A stretch of DNA of 64,000 bases, taken from positions 124,001 to 188,000 of the IMG/VR virus record IMGVR_UViG_3300043411_000921; one strand, written 5' to 3'. The first letter of the stretch is position 1; each line of letters begins with the position of its first letter. Positions 10,897-20,209 of the stretch are shown here, piece after piece. The notes beneath the pieces are model-generated. The model made no database searches. It had not been told where the DNA came from and saw only the letters and a list, made by a program, of their open reading frames with translations. The position numbers were made by a program, and so were the translations under genes.

Positions 10897-11173
10897 TTAG
10901 AATCTTGTGGTTTTTCCGTTCATTCCAAACTGTCTGGGTTTGCCGAGCATGGCTCTGAGGTTGGGATCGTTGTGGTGAGCACCTTTGGTTGGAATATCGG
11001 CGCCTGCTTCCACAGCTTTTGTGACTTCTTTGTTGATTCTTTCAATCAGCCAGCGGCGATAAGCAACTGGAAAGTTGTAGAAGGTAGGAATGTCCATCCC
11101 GTAGTAATATCCCAAAAGAAACATTGGTTCGAGAAGGACATCAACAATATCATTTGGCGTTAGGCCAAAAAAA
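10897..11173 (-). CDS. tail assembly chaperone C-terminal (T) frame, probably reached by frameshift
   Basis: +1 frame open from the T7 run: FFGLTPNDIVDVLLEPMFLLGYYYGMDIPTFYNFPVAYRRWLIERI. Confidence 0.7.
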
Positions 11174-12052
11174 GGAAGGACCGAGCGTAACGCTCATAAC
11201 CTCCTGATGACCACAGCCATCACATGAAAAGTCTGCTGTCATATCCAGCCCAGGCTCCGCTTCGTCCATCACCCTTCTCAGAGCAGAAGAATCCATCGCA
11301 GGCATGTGCTGACAAAACTTGTTCACAAAACTTCTATCAGAAGAACCATCAACAGAAAGAATTGAGTTCAATAGCTTGGTTGTGACTGGGCTCTCCTGTG
11401 TGAATCCCTTCTTCTTCCTCGCTTCCATATCCTGAAGGATTCTCTCTTCTTCTGCTCCTGTGAGAAACTTGAAAACCACAACCTTCTTTGTCACTGGAAG
11501 TGTGAACTCAAAAGCATTCTGAAAAGGTGCAACCTGCTTCACTTTGTCAAGATCCAGCTCCTTCACTGGAAGGTTTTCAAGATCAATTGTGTGGTCTTGC
11601 TGGAGTTCACAGGATGGGCAGGTGACTTTGCTTGTGTAGGCAGAGCCATAACCAGAAATTCTGATAGCAACCATCAAAGCGTGTTGATCCCCAGAAATCA
11701 AAGAACCAACCTCAATGGATTTGTCCATCAAACAGGACTTGATGAGTTCCTTGATAATGGTTCCTTTGCGGGCAAGAGTTCTATTCATCAGAATATCTTC
11801 TTCTCTTGCGGTCATTGCTTTGATGTCGAGGGTTTCAGAACCTTGCAGTGGTTGGTCTGGATAGACAAGTCCTCTGGATGGGAGAGGAACAACGGCCACG
11901 GGAAGTTCAAACCCGAGGTCTTTCCTTGCTGTTTGTGTTGCATCTTGGATTGCAACACCTTGCAGGGTTGGAAGTCCTCCGGCAGCGGCTTGCTGTGCTG
12001 CAAAAACACTGTTGCGATATGCCCTAAGCTCTTCTTCGTTGGATGTTGACAT
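11150..12052 (-). CDS. tail assembly chaperone / T4 gp26-like hub assembly protein
   Basis: LPSRGLVY, MTAREEDIL, GDQHALMVAIRISGYG, two CxxC, ends FFWP. Confidence 0.85.
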   Translation of the reverse strand: MSTSNEEELRAYRNSVFAAQQAAAGGLPTLQGVAIQDATQTARKDLGFELPVAVVPLPSRGLVYPDQPLQGSETLDIKAMTAREEDILMNRTLARKGTIIKELIKSCLMDKSIEVGSLISGDQHALMVAIRISGYGSAYTSKVTCPSCELQQDHTIDLENLPVKELDLDKVKQVAPFQNAFEFTLPVTKKVVVFKFLTGAEEERILQDMEARKKKGFTQESPVTTKLLNSILSVDGSSDRSFVNKFCQHMPAMDSSALRRVMDEAEPGLDMTADFSCDGCGHQEVMSVTLGPSFFWPNAK

Positions 12053-12102
12053 AGAAATTCTCTCTTATTGATGTTTGTGGATAAAGGTTTTGTGTGGAGG
12101 AT

Positions 12103-12513
12103 TTAGAGGGTTGGAAGTGAAGAGTGAACAGTGTTCCCAGAAGATGCAACCGCGGCTTCTCTGCCGCCCTTGTTTGACTTCTTGTCTTCTTCTTCTGCTG
12201 GGCGTTCGGAAAGATCTTTCACGGTTCTTGAAGCTTGAACAACCGCTTCAACCATTTTGGCGTGCATGTCTGCCATTGCTGTGGCGAACACGGATTGCTC
12301 AACATCAGAAAGATCATCTGGATCTTTAAGGTTCAATGCCTTGATAATCTCTGCTTCAAATTTCAAGGCTGTTTGCTGCGCTTGAATCGTCAAAGAACGA
12401 ATGGCGTTGAATTTCGTTCCTTCTTGCAACATTTCCATCTTCTTGTCAACAACAAGTGCAACAAGTTTTTTCAGTGCTTCCTCGTTGAGTTTCTGTTTTG
12501 TTTTCATTGTCAC
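12103..12513 (-). CDS. putative internal head protein
   Basis: N-terminal KLNE|E and MLQE|G motifs. Confidence 0.65.
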   Translation of the reverse strand: MTMKTKQKLNEEALKKLVALVVDKKMEMLQEGTKFNAIRSLTIQAQQTALKFEAEIIKALNLKDPDDLSDVEQSVFATAMADMHAKMVEAVVQASRTVKDLSERPAEEEDKKSNKGGREAAVASSGNTVHSSLPTL

Positions 12514-12803
12514 TTGGTTTTCCTTCCAGTCTTTTTTGAGTGTTCCATAACAAAGTTTGAAATCACAGTTTTCACAACGTCCTTCAGTCCAGCCTTAGAA
12601 GTGTCATCTGAATTATCAGTGACAGTTTCTGGAGTGTTTTTGCAAGAAGGGATTGCTGCTGAACCACCTTCTTCTGTTCCAAGACCAACATCACTCATAC
12701 CTGGAAACATTCCGGGAGTGTCCGAATTGCTAGATGGTTCATTAACTGCCACTACCACCGCTTCCCGAATCATTTCTTTCAACTTTTTAACCGTGAGTCT
12801 CAT
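12510..12803 (-). CDS. putative internal head protein
   Basis: MRLTVKKLKEMIRE|A leader, low-complexity body. Confidence 0.65.
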   Translation of the reverse strand: MRLTVKKLKEMIREAVVVAVNEPSSNSDTPGMFPGMSDVGLGTEEGGSAAIPSCKNTPETVTDNSDDTSKAGLKDVVKTVISNFVMEHSKKTGRKTK

Positions 12804-12809
12804 GCTTTA

Positions 12810-13457
12810 TCACTTGCCCTTCTTGGAAAAGGTTTGCTTTAGATAGGATTTCAGGTGTGCTTCCATCATCAAAGCTTCTTCTTCACCCTTTTCACCATCT
12901 TCTCCTTTTGATTTAGCTGGAAATGTGAAGTGAAAGGTTTTTTCAATCTCACCAACGGCTTGTTTGATATTGAATGGAACCTCATCATCCCCAGCCTTTG
13001 CCTGGGCAATCAAATCCTCGGCTTGCCTTCTTTTATCTCCAGCTTGAAGATCAGCAACCAATGTCTTTTTGATATCGGTGACTGTCTTAGCCCCCAAAGC
13101 ACCAATCATATCTTCAATTGGATTAGAAGATGACTCTTCACCTTCAATTCCTCCATCCACTGCACCTTCTGGGTCAAGGTCTTCCATGCCTTCCATCCCA
13201 GGCATTCCTGGTGGAGTTGATGATGTTTCATCTCCTCCAATCCCTGGCATATCCGCCAGTGGATCAGAAGGTATTTCTGGCACTGCTGGATCAGTTGGAA
13301 TTTCAGAAGGTTCTTCCGCTGGGGGGGCTGGGGATGCTTCTGGTGGTGGTGATGGTGTGGAAGATGCTGGAAGAATGCCTTGTTCGAGGAAAAGCTCGAT
13401 TTCTTCAAGGATAAGTGCAAGGATCTTGGCTTGCTTGGGTGTCTGAGAGTGGGACAT
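12810..13457 (-). CDS. Pro/acidic-rich putative head core protein
   Basis: LILEE..FLE|Q leader; TACTTA at 13468-13473. Confidence 0.65.
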   Translation of the reverse strand: MSHSQTPKQAKILALILEEIELFLEQGILPASSTPSPPPEASPAPPAEEPSEIPTDPAVPEIPSDPLADMPGIGGDETSSTPPGMPGMEGMEDLDPEGAVDGGIEGEESSSNPIEDMIGALGAKTVTDIKKTLVADLQAGDKRRQAEDLIAQAKAGDDEVPFNIKQAVGEIEKTFHFTFPAKSKGEDGEKGEEEALMMEAHLKSYLKQTFSKKGK

Positions 13458-13565
13458 GGTATCCATCTAAGTAATGCCCCTTTGAATCCCTCTTCTGGTT
13501 ATCCTCCACAACCTCATCCCCAAACACCTACAAACAAGCCCATTCGAATCCCAGGGAGACCAAAA

Positions 13566-14246
13566 CTACCCCCCGATCTGCCTGACCACCCTCCGAGCAT
13601 GAATCCAGTTTGTCAAATCTTTGTAAATTCCCTGCTCCCAACCAGATTCATCCTTCAAGTCCTTCCTCACCCAAGATTTGAACGGCCAAGTCCAATAGTA
13701 AAGCTTCGTGCAAAGTTGTTTTTCAACCCACTCATAATGATATTCCATCTCAGAATCACTCAGCTTGTCTTCTTTTCTGGCAAAGAGGAGTTGGGTTCTG
13801 TATGCCTTCAACTCAAACCAATAACGGAAAGGAGCAGGAAAAGGAGCAAGGAAAACCAGGAAGCCAAGGCACCAAAAGAACATGGGGTTTAACAGGCCCA
13901 GGAGGCTTAATAGCGCCAGTGGAGCAAGTGACTGGGGGAAGAGATATAGGAACCCGAAGAGGGCACTAGAAAGCCTCCTAGCGTCATCTGCGTGTACCGT
14001 CTCGTGTGCCAGTGTTCTGATAAAGCTGGAGGTGTTCGTGTTTTCCAGAAGGTTGTCTGGGACGTAGATCGTACTGCCGAGGGTTGTGTAGTAGTTCGTC
14101 ATGAACTGCGGAGAAATCTTTGTGATACGGAAGAACCAACCAATCAACTTCATCAAGACTGAACTTGATTTGGGTTTGATTGTTACTCCTCCATACTTCG
14201 CAGAAACATCTGACAGAAAAACTTGAATTTCCTTTGAAAGAGCCAT
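13566..14246 (-). CDS. membrane-associated HExxH zinc peptidase-like protein
   Basis: LAHETVH ... ELKAY with an intervening hydrophobic segment; GAGG RBS; TAGTTA upstream. Confidence 0.65.
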   Translation of the reverse strand: MALSKEIQVFLSDVSAKYGGVTIKPKSSSVLMKLIGWFFRITKISPQFMTNYYTTLGSTIYVPDNLLENTNTSSFIRTLAHETVHADDARRLSSALFGFLYLFPQSLAPLALLSLLGLLNPMFFWCLGFLVFLAPFPAPFRYWFELKAYRTQLLFARKEDKLSDSEMEYHYEWVEKQLCTKLYYWTWPFKSWVRKDLKDESGWEQGIYKDLTNWIHARRVVRQIGG

Positions 14247-14296
14247 GATTTACCTCGTTACCGTTGCTGTTGTTCCGTGCCGTTAACTAGAATTCC

Positions 14297-14325
14297 TTGA
14301 CGGTTGTTTTTCCGGTGTTTACAGT
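14297..14325 (+). promoter_or_regulatory. sigma70-like promoter
   Basis: TTGACG-N17-TACAGT. Confidence 0.55.
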
Positions 14326-14391
14326 CAATCCCCGAAGCCGCACAACAAATATATCAGCGGTAAACCAACACAGAAAAGGAACAGAAACATC

Positions 14392-14910
14392 ATGGGAATT
14401 TCAGATACAATGCGTTGCGAAGACTTCCTCAGCATGAGGAACCAAGAAACACAACGAAAATTGGAAGAAGAGTTGAAGAGGCTTTTTGGTGGAGCAGTTG
14501 ACCTTTCCGGTGTCTTTCTTCCTGGGTTTACTGAGTCGGAGAGAAAAGGGCAAGGATTCCTGGAATATCGAGTTGGTAGAGCAACCAAAGAAACTGATTC
14601 GCCCGTGAAAATTACGGTGGATGTTCCTGGTTGCACCAAAGCCGATGTAACCGTTGAAATTCAAGAAACAGTTTCGGCGTCAACAAAAACCAGTTTCAAA
14701 TCTTTGAAGGTGTCTGCAACCAGAAAGGACATTTTCCAAACTTCAAAACTGGAATTGAGCGTTCCAAAACTTGATGCGTCTCTGGGAGGTTATCGCTGTG
14801 ACTTGGAGAAGGTAACGGCAAAGGTGGAAAATGGAGTTCTGACACTGATTGTACCTCTGCTTTCCCCGCAGGAAAACAAGCCTTCTGTGACAAAAGTGTC
14901 GGTGCTGTAA
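14392..14910 (+). CDS. small heat-shock protein (Hsp20/alpha-crystallin)
   Basis: VDVPGCTKADVTVEI and VTAKVENGVLTLIVP. Confidence 0.9.
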   Translation: MGISDTMRCEDFLSMRNQETQRKLEEELKRLFGGAVDLSGVFLPGFTESERKGQGFLEYRVGRATKETDSPVKITVDVPGCTKADVTVEIQETVSASTKTSFKSLKVSATRKDIFQTSKLELSVPKLDASLGGYRCDLEKVTAKVENGVLTLIVPLLSPQENKPSVTKVSVL

Positions 14911-14918
14911 AAACCCTG

Positions 14919-14947
14919 TTGACCTTGGGAGGGAGCCGTGGTAGTGT
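14919..14947 (+). promoter_or_regulatory. early sigma70-like promoter
   Basis: TTGACC-N17-(TGg)TAGTGT, ATG 7 nt downstream. Confidence 0.75.
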
Positions 14948-14954
14948 TCAGAAC

Positions 14955-16331
14955 ATGAGGACTACCACAGTGAAAATGAACGCCAAGGCAAGCAAACACT
15001 CCAACTCCAACGGTCCCAACACCAAGGACCAAGTTTCCGATTTCATTCATTACAAGTTTGATCCCAGTGTTCCACCAGACGAATATGTCTTTGATCGGGA
15101 GCGGCTGGACCTGCTCCAGCAGGAACCCTTCATGGGTGGTATTTCCCTTCGCCTGCCAATGCGGGCTGATTGGAATGTTCCCACTGCTTATGTTTCTTGT
15201 GATCGTCAGGGAAACATCATTCTTGGTTACAACCCCGGCTGGATGCGGTCGCTGACTTACGAGCAGCGAAAGGGTGTTTTCAAGCATGAGGTTTTGCACA
15301 TCGCCCTGATGCACGTTGCTGGTCGTGCGGTTGCCGATCCTCGGAAAGCGCGTCTTTGGAACGTTGCCACCGACCTTGCTATCAACAGCATCATTTCCAA
15401 TGGCGGAAGCAACATGGCACCAATTGCTGATTGCCTTCTTCTGCCTGGGCGTGAGCCTAAGACGAAAGACCAAGGATTGAAGGCACTCATCAAGAGTTTC
15501 CCGCACCTGGAATCCAGTGACTTTTATATGGATGCTCTGGAGCAGTACGCTGAATCCCAGGGAAACCCAGAAGATGGCGACGGAAACATCACGATTGACA
15601 TTGGTGACGACGGTCAGTTTGATGGTCACGGCGGTTGGGGTAATATCCCCGAGGAGCTTCGAGACATCCTTCGTGAAAACGTCCGAGAACTTGTTTCTCA
15701 GGGTGTGAAGAATGCTCACCGAGCTGGGCAGTGGGGGTCCATCCCCTCTTCCACGAGTGCTCAAATTGAGGCGCTTCTCAAGCATGAACTTGATTGGAAG
15801 GCGATTCTTCGGATGTTTCTTGGTCGGGCCCGGTCGATGGATCGGAACAGCACGATCAAGCGAATCAACAAGCGTGCGCCTTACATGATGCCCGGCGTGA
15901 AGCGCAGCACCGTTGCCAACTTCCTCTGGGCGATTGACCAGTCGGGCTCTGTGTCTGACGAAAACGTGCAGCGAGGTCTTGCCGAAGCTTTCGCCTGTTC
16001 CAAGGAAGGGAAGATTGACATTGTGAACTTCGACACGGAGATTGACATGTCCAGCTTCAAGACCGTTAACAACGGGCAGGGTTTCAAATGGGAGCGGACT
16101 CGGTGCGGCGGCACTGACTTCAATGCGGTTTCTGGATTCTTGAATCGTCAGGAAAACCGTGGGAAGTATTCTGCGGTGGTGATCTTTACCGATGGTTACG
16201 CTCCGACAATGAACAATATTGTCGGGACCAAGGTTCTCTGGCTTATTACCGAAGACGGCACAATGGAAGCGCCTCGGCCTGGAGATCTCGCAGTGAAGAT
16301 GGACAAGCCGAAATCCATCAAGCGGGTCTGA
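14955..16331 (+). CDS. metallopeptidase-vWA protein (DUF2201-like)
   Basis: HEVLH, WNVATDLAIN, MIDAS DQSGS, GGTDF, FTDG. Confidence 0.9.
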   Translation: MRTTTVKMNAKASKHSNSNGPNTKDQVSDFIHYKFDPSVPPDEYVFDRERLDLLQQEPFMGGISLRLPMRADWNVPTAYVSCDRQGNIILGYNPGWMRSLTYEQRKGVFKHEVLHIALMHVAGRAVADPRKARLWNVATDLAINSIISNGGSNMAPIADCLLLPGREPKTKDQGLKALIKSFPHLESSDFYMDALEQYAESQGNPEDGDGNITIDIGDDGQFDGHGGWGNIPEELRDILRENVRELVSQGVKNAHRAGQWGSIPSSTSAQIEALLKHELDWKAILRMFLGRARSMDRNSTIKRINKRAPYMMPGVKRSTVANFLWAIDQSGSVSDENVQRGLAEAFACSKEGKIDIVNFDTEIDMSSFKTVNNGQGFKWERTRCGGTDFNAVSGFLNRQENRGKYSAVVIFTDGYAPTMNNIVGTKVLWLITEDGTMEAPRPGDLAVKMDKPKSIKRV

Positions 16332-16354
16332 AAACAAAAAACAAACGGCAGAAA

Positions 16355-16404
16355 TCCCAGAAAACATCTCGGTCGCAAAATCTAGGCTGGGATGTTTTCT
16401 GGGA
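16355..16404 (+). terminator. long stem-loop after the vWA gene
   Basis: tcccagaaaacatc/gatgttttctggga, extendable to ~20 bp with G-U pairs. Confidence 0.6.
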
Positions 16405-16422
16405 CTCTGAGCAAGAAAGTTC

Positions 16423-16451
16423 TTGACTCTCCTGGATGACTCTGATAGAGT
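16423..16451 (+). promoter_or_regulatory. early sigma70-like promoter
   Basis: TTGACT-N17-(TGa)TAGAGT. Confidence 0.8.
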
Positions 16452-16481
16452 CTGTTCATCAACTGGCTGGGAACGAAAGGA

Positions 16482-16682
16482 GTGAAAATGAGACTGATTC
16501 AACAAAGGTTTGCAGTTGGTCACAAGTGTGACAGGTGTAAGGCTGAGGGCGAGGTTGGTTGTCTCAATCTTCTGAATGGGAAGCCGATTTTTTTCACTTG
16601 TCATCAATGCCAAGAAAACGACTTTCAAGTTTTGCTTGTGGAGCTTGGAGTTGTCGATGATTGTATCTCCGCAAGCGACTGA
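16482..16682 (+). CDS. small zinc-finger protein
   Basis: CDRC...CHQC; AAGGAG RBS. Confidence 0.65.
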   Translation: MKMRLIQQRFAVGHKCDRCKAEGEVGCLNLLNGKPIFFTCHQCQENDFQVLLVELGVVDDCISASD

Positions 16683-16710
16683 CAAAAACGACAGGGACAG
16701 AAAAAAGTTC

Positions 16711-16739
16711 TTGACTCTCTCGACTGGTTCTGGTAAGGT
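16711..16739 (+). promoter_or_regulatory. early sigma70-like promoter
   Basis: TTGACT-N17-(TGg)TAAGGT. Confidence 0.7.
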
Positions 16740-16786
16740 TCAAACAACTTCAACGGCTACGAAATAAGAAAAGGATACAAAACACA

Positions 16787-18028
16787 ATGTCTCACGGTGC
16801 AATTTCTCTCGACATCAAGTCCACGGTTCGTCTGGTTCAGGCGTTCTCCCCCAACCGCGCCATCATGCTTCGTGGTGCTCACGGTATCGGGAAGTCCCAG
16901 GTGGTCTATCAGATCGCCACGACTGTCAAGAACGATTTCTACAAGGATCGTGGCAACTGTGAGCGGGTCACTGCTGCTCTCGGCAAGGATTCCGGGTTTG
17001 TTCGGGCGATGGCTGGGTTCTGGAGCAAGAATGGTTCCAAGGAGGAATACAAGGATTATCCTCGAAACCTTTGGCACTACGACATGGGCACTCCGGTTGT
17101 GGAGCGTCGCCTCTCCCAGCTTACGGAAGGTGACATGACGGGTCTCCCCTTCGAGGGCAACCGCGGCGGCACGGTGTTCCGAGCGTGTGAGTGGCTTCTG
17201 GCAACGACCGAGTTCCCTTGTTTTCTCTTCTTGGATGAGCTGAACCGAGCTATCAAGGGTGTTGAGCAGGCGACCTTCCAGCTTGCGGACAGCAAGGCTT
17301 TTGATGGCAACACTCTTCACCCGGACACCCGAGTGATTGTGGCCGTGAACATCGGTGATGAGTACGATGTGCAGGGAATGGACCTTGCGGCTCTCAGCCG
17401 GTACGCCACCATCGACCTGGAGCCTACGGTTGAAGACTGGCTCGCCTGGGCGAAGGACAACTGTCATCCCGCCCTTGGGGAATTCATCCGAGGCAACCCG
17501 CGATTCCTGGAGGTTCGTGGCGCCCAAGAGCCCAACAAGAAGACCCCGGATCGTCGTGCCTGGGGCAACCTCGACGCCGAGCTTCGCCGCCTGGAACTGT
17601 ATGATTCCGAGAACTGCAAGGATCCAATGTTTGTTCACATGGTTGCTTCGATGGTAGGGTTTGAGGCCGCAAGTGCCCTCTGGAAGTTTGTGAAGGAGCG
17701 TGAAGCTGATATCACCGCCCAGGATGTTCTTAAGTCTTGGGAGAAGGTGCAGAAGCGACTTCCGAAGGATGACGAAGCCGAGCGTCATGGAAAGTTCCTT
17801 GATATGCTCGGCAAGCTCGACAACCTTCTCAAGACTCACCTCTTGACGAAGGAGGAAGCCAAGAACTTCGCAGCCTTCATGGAAGCGGCCCCGCCCGAGA
17901 TCATGATGAGTGCTTGGAAGAGCCTGAACCAGCAGGCTGCCAACCTCGTGAAGTGTCACCCATACTGCGGCAACCTCCTTGTGAAGCGTGTCGCGGGCGG
18001 TTCGGCAAACACCGAAACCACCAAGTAA
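16787..18028 (+). CDS. MoxR-family AAA+ ATPase
   Basis: GAHGIGKS, LFLDELNRA, MDLAALSR, PDRRAW. Confidence 0.9.
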   Translation: MSHGAISLDIKSTVRLVQAFSPNRAIMLRGAHGIGKSQVVYQIATTVKNDFYKDRGNCERVTAALGKDSGFVRAMAGFWSKNGSKEEYKDYPRNLWHYDMGTPVVERRLSQLTEGDMTGLPFEGNRGGTVFRACEWLLATTEFPCFLFLDELNRAIKGVEQATFQLADSKAFDGNTLHPDTRVIVAVNIGDEYDVQGMDLAALSRYATIDLEPTVEDWLAWAKDNCHPALGEFIRGNPRFLEVRGAQEPNKKTPDRRAWGNLDAELRRLELYDSENCKDPMFVHMVASMVGFEAASALWKFVKEREADITAQDVLKSWEKVQKRLPKDDEAERHGKFLDMLGKLDNLLKTHLLTKEEAKNFAAFMEAAPPEIMMSAWKSLNQQAANLVKCHPYCGNLLVKRVAGGSANTETTK

Positions 18029-18052
18029 CACCAACAAAATCCCACCAACACT

Positions 18053-18100
18053 AAACCCCAAGCGGACAACCAACAAGTCCCTTGGGGTTTTCCCTTTTAT
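18053..18100 (+). terminator. intrinsic terminator
   Basis: aaaccccaag..ggac / gtcc cttggggttt followed by a T-rich tail. Confidence 0.65.
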
Positions 18101-18134
18101 CCCCTCTTTTCATCTTGTTATCTTCCATGTTGAG

Positions 18135-18608
18135 ATGAAAAAAGAACTCACAATCAAATTCCGCAAAACACTCCCAACCGCAAAACTTCCCACACACGCA
18201 CACGAAACCGGAGATGCTGGCTTCGACATTTATGCGGCAGAGCAAACAGACATTCTCCCAGGCCAAGTGAAGATGGTGAGAACGGGTTTGCAGTTGGCTG
18301 ATTGTCCTTCTGCTTTGGAGTGTGGATCTCAGTATTTCTTTGATATGCGTTCGAGATCTGGGTTGTCAAAGTTTTTGGTGCTCCCTATCACTGGAACAAT
18401 TGACACAAACTATCGTGGCGAGATCATAGTTGTCCTCGCAAACTTCTCTGACAAACCATACACGATCGTTCCAGGCGATCGTATCGCACAACTTGTTATT
18501 CAGAAAATTGTTGCTGCTTCCGAAACTCAGGCTGTTACATTTTCCGAAACAGATGTTGTGACAGAAACCACCAGGGGCTCTGGTGGTTTTGGGAGCACTG
18601 GACGATGA
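18135..18608 (+). CDS. dut: trimeric dUTPase
   Basis: DAGFDI, RSGL, GTIDTNYRGEI, GDRIAQL, RGSGGFGSTG. Confidence 0.95.
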   Translation: MKKELTIKFRKTLPTAKLPTHAHETGDAGFDIYAAEQTDILPGQVKMVRTGLQLADCPSALECGSQYFFDMRSRSGLSKFLVLPITGTIDTNYRGEIIVVLANFSDKPYTIVPGDRIAQLVIQKIVAASETQAVTFSETDVVTETTRGSGGFGSTGR

Positions 18609-19093
18609 CACCAGAAGAATGGCTTAGTCTTCCTGCTGGAACCCTTGTTCGTGGTTGTGAATCCATTTTGGATGAAGCCACTGGTTGTTACTTCCTCACA
18701 CCCAGCCTGAAAAAGTGGTCTGTGCCAAAAAACAAACACCCTTACTACTCGGAGGGGATCTATTTTTTGTCAGAAGGATTCGAAAGGGAATTCGGTTTGC
18801 TGGATTCAGTAGAGGCTATGAGAACTTTCACAAACAGCCAGTTTTCAACAAGGATGACCGATGGTTGTTTTCCTGCCAATACGGGTACCATAATTTGGGA
18901 TGAAGTTTTTCACATCAAAGATGTAGACCAAACGAAAATTCTTGGAATGTTGCTTGGAAAGCATTGCATCGGCTCAGGACCACAAGATTCCCCAGTGATT
19001 TGTAGCTCCATTCTTATGCCATCTGGCAAAACGTGGGCATTGATGCTGACCACGAAGCCGAACACGGGAGAAGACATAGTTCTTTACTATTAA
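18605..19093 (+). CDS. hypothetical protein (PAGTLV motif)
   Basis: Coupled to dut; motif shared with the 38-41 kb array. Confidence 0.65.
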   Translation: MTPEEWLSLPAGTLVRGCESILDEATGCYFLTPSLKKWSVPKNKHPYYSEGIYFLSEGFEREFGLLDSVEAMRTFTNSQFSTRMTDGCFPANTGTIIWDEVFHIKDVDQTKILGMLLGKHCIGSGPQDSPVICSSILMPSGKTWALMLTTKPNTGEDIVLYY

Positions 19094-19097
19094 ACCC

Positions 19098-20123
19098 ATG
19101 ACAAACTCACAGAATCTCTCCAGACCAATCATGGTTATTGACGGTCTCAACCTTTTCACCAGAAACTTTGTTGTAAACGAAACCACAACGGCAACAGGAG
19201 AACTCGTTGGTGGAGTTGTTGGTTTTATGAGGGCGCTAGGCAACCTCATAAACCAATTCCATCCAGCTTCTGTTTATGTTGTTTGGGAGCAGGGCGGACC
19301 ATCCCAGCGAAGAAAACACATCTGTCCAGAATACAAAGCGAACAGACTCACAACCGGGCAAGGGTTGAAAGAGATGTATCGTACCGATGGCAAGTTCCAA
19401 CCATCAAGCAATCCTCAAAACAAAATCTTCCAGCTTCAGCTTCTCACCAAGGCTCTTGCAACACTTCCCATTTGTCAGATTTACGTTCAAGACACAGAAG
19501 CAGATGATGTGATTGCTTATCTTGTAAAGAGGAAGTTCCAAACAGACAGCAAGACCAAACTGGTTGTGTCAAACGACAAGGACTTCTACCAGTTGCTGGA
19601 AGATCCGAACGTGAGAATTTTTGATCCTGCAACCAAAATGTTGATTGATTCCCAACACATCAAAACGAAACTGGGAATCAGTCCCAGGAACATCACACTG
19701 GCAAGAGCGGTTATTGGTGATCCCAGTGACAACTTGAAGGGTGTGGAGGGAATTGGTTTTAAGACCCTCGCAAGCCGGTTTGAAGCCTTTTCCAGGGACG
19801 ACATTGACTTGGACAGGGAATGGCTCATAAAAGAATCCAAGGCCCTGCATAATGCCTCCAAACGTCCTCTGAAGTGCTATTCCCAAATCTTCCAGGGTGA
19901 AGAGATTATCGAGAGAAACTGGAAGCTGATGTACCTCGACACCTTTTGCTTGTCTTCTCAGCAGATTGAGAAGGTGAATTTCAAGGTAGAAAACTTTGAG
20001 CCAGTTTTGAATAAAATGGAATACCTCAAAACCTTCACAGGAAACGACATTCCAATTTCACTGGAGATCGAACAGGCGTTTACGGCGGCAAAAACGCTGT
20101 TTGGTGCCTTTTCGGGTTCTTGA
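19098..20123 (+). CDS. 5'-3' exonuclease / flap endonuclease (RNase H-like)
   Basis: IDGLN, YKANR, EADDVIA, SNDKDFYQL, GDPSDNLKGVEGIG. Confidence 0.93.
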   Translation: MTNSQNLSRPIMVIDGLNLFTRNFVVNETTTATGELVGGVVGFMRALGNLINQFHPASVYVVWEQGGPSQRRKHICPEYKANRLTTGQGLKEMYRTDGKFQPSSNPQNKIFQLQLLTKALATLPICQIYVQDTEADDVIAYLVKRKFQTDSKTKLVVSNDKDFYQLLEDPNVRIFDPATKMLIDSQHIKTKLGISPRNITLARAVIGDPSDNLKGVEGIGFKTLASRFEAFSRDDIDLDREWLIKESKALHNASKRPLKCYSQIFQGEEIIERNWKLMYLDTFCLSSQQIEKVNFKVENFEPVLNKMEYLKTFTGNDIPISLEIEQAFTAAKTLFGAFSGS

Positions 20124-20168
20124 AAACTTCCAATAGTTAGCCCCACCCCTTCCCCGGCCAGCAACCGT

Positions 20169-20197
20169 TTGACCTCTGGTTAACAGTCCCATACATT
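20169..20197 (+). promoter_or_regulatory. sigma70-like promoter
   Basis: TTGACC-N17-TACATT. Confidence 0.55.
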
Positions 20198-20209
20198 GGG
20201 CAAAGGTAT

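Noticed and set aside
14790-18076. Long antisense ORFs (14790-16685, 16757-18076; also 41104-41898, 43285-44295, 48575-49465)
   Set aside because: They shadow well-supported genes and are explained by codon bias; no motifs of their own
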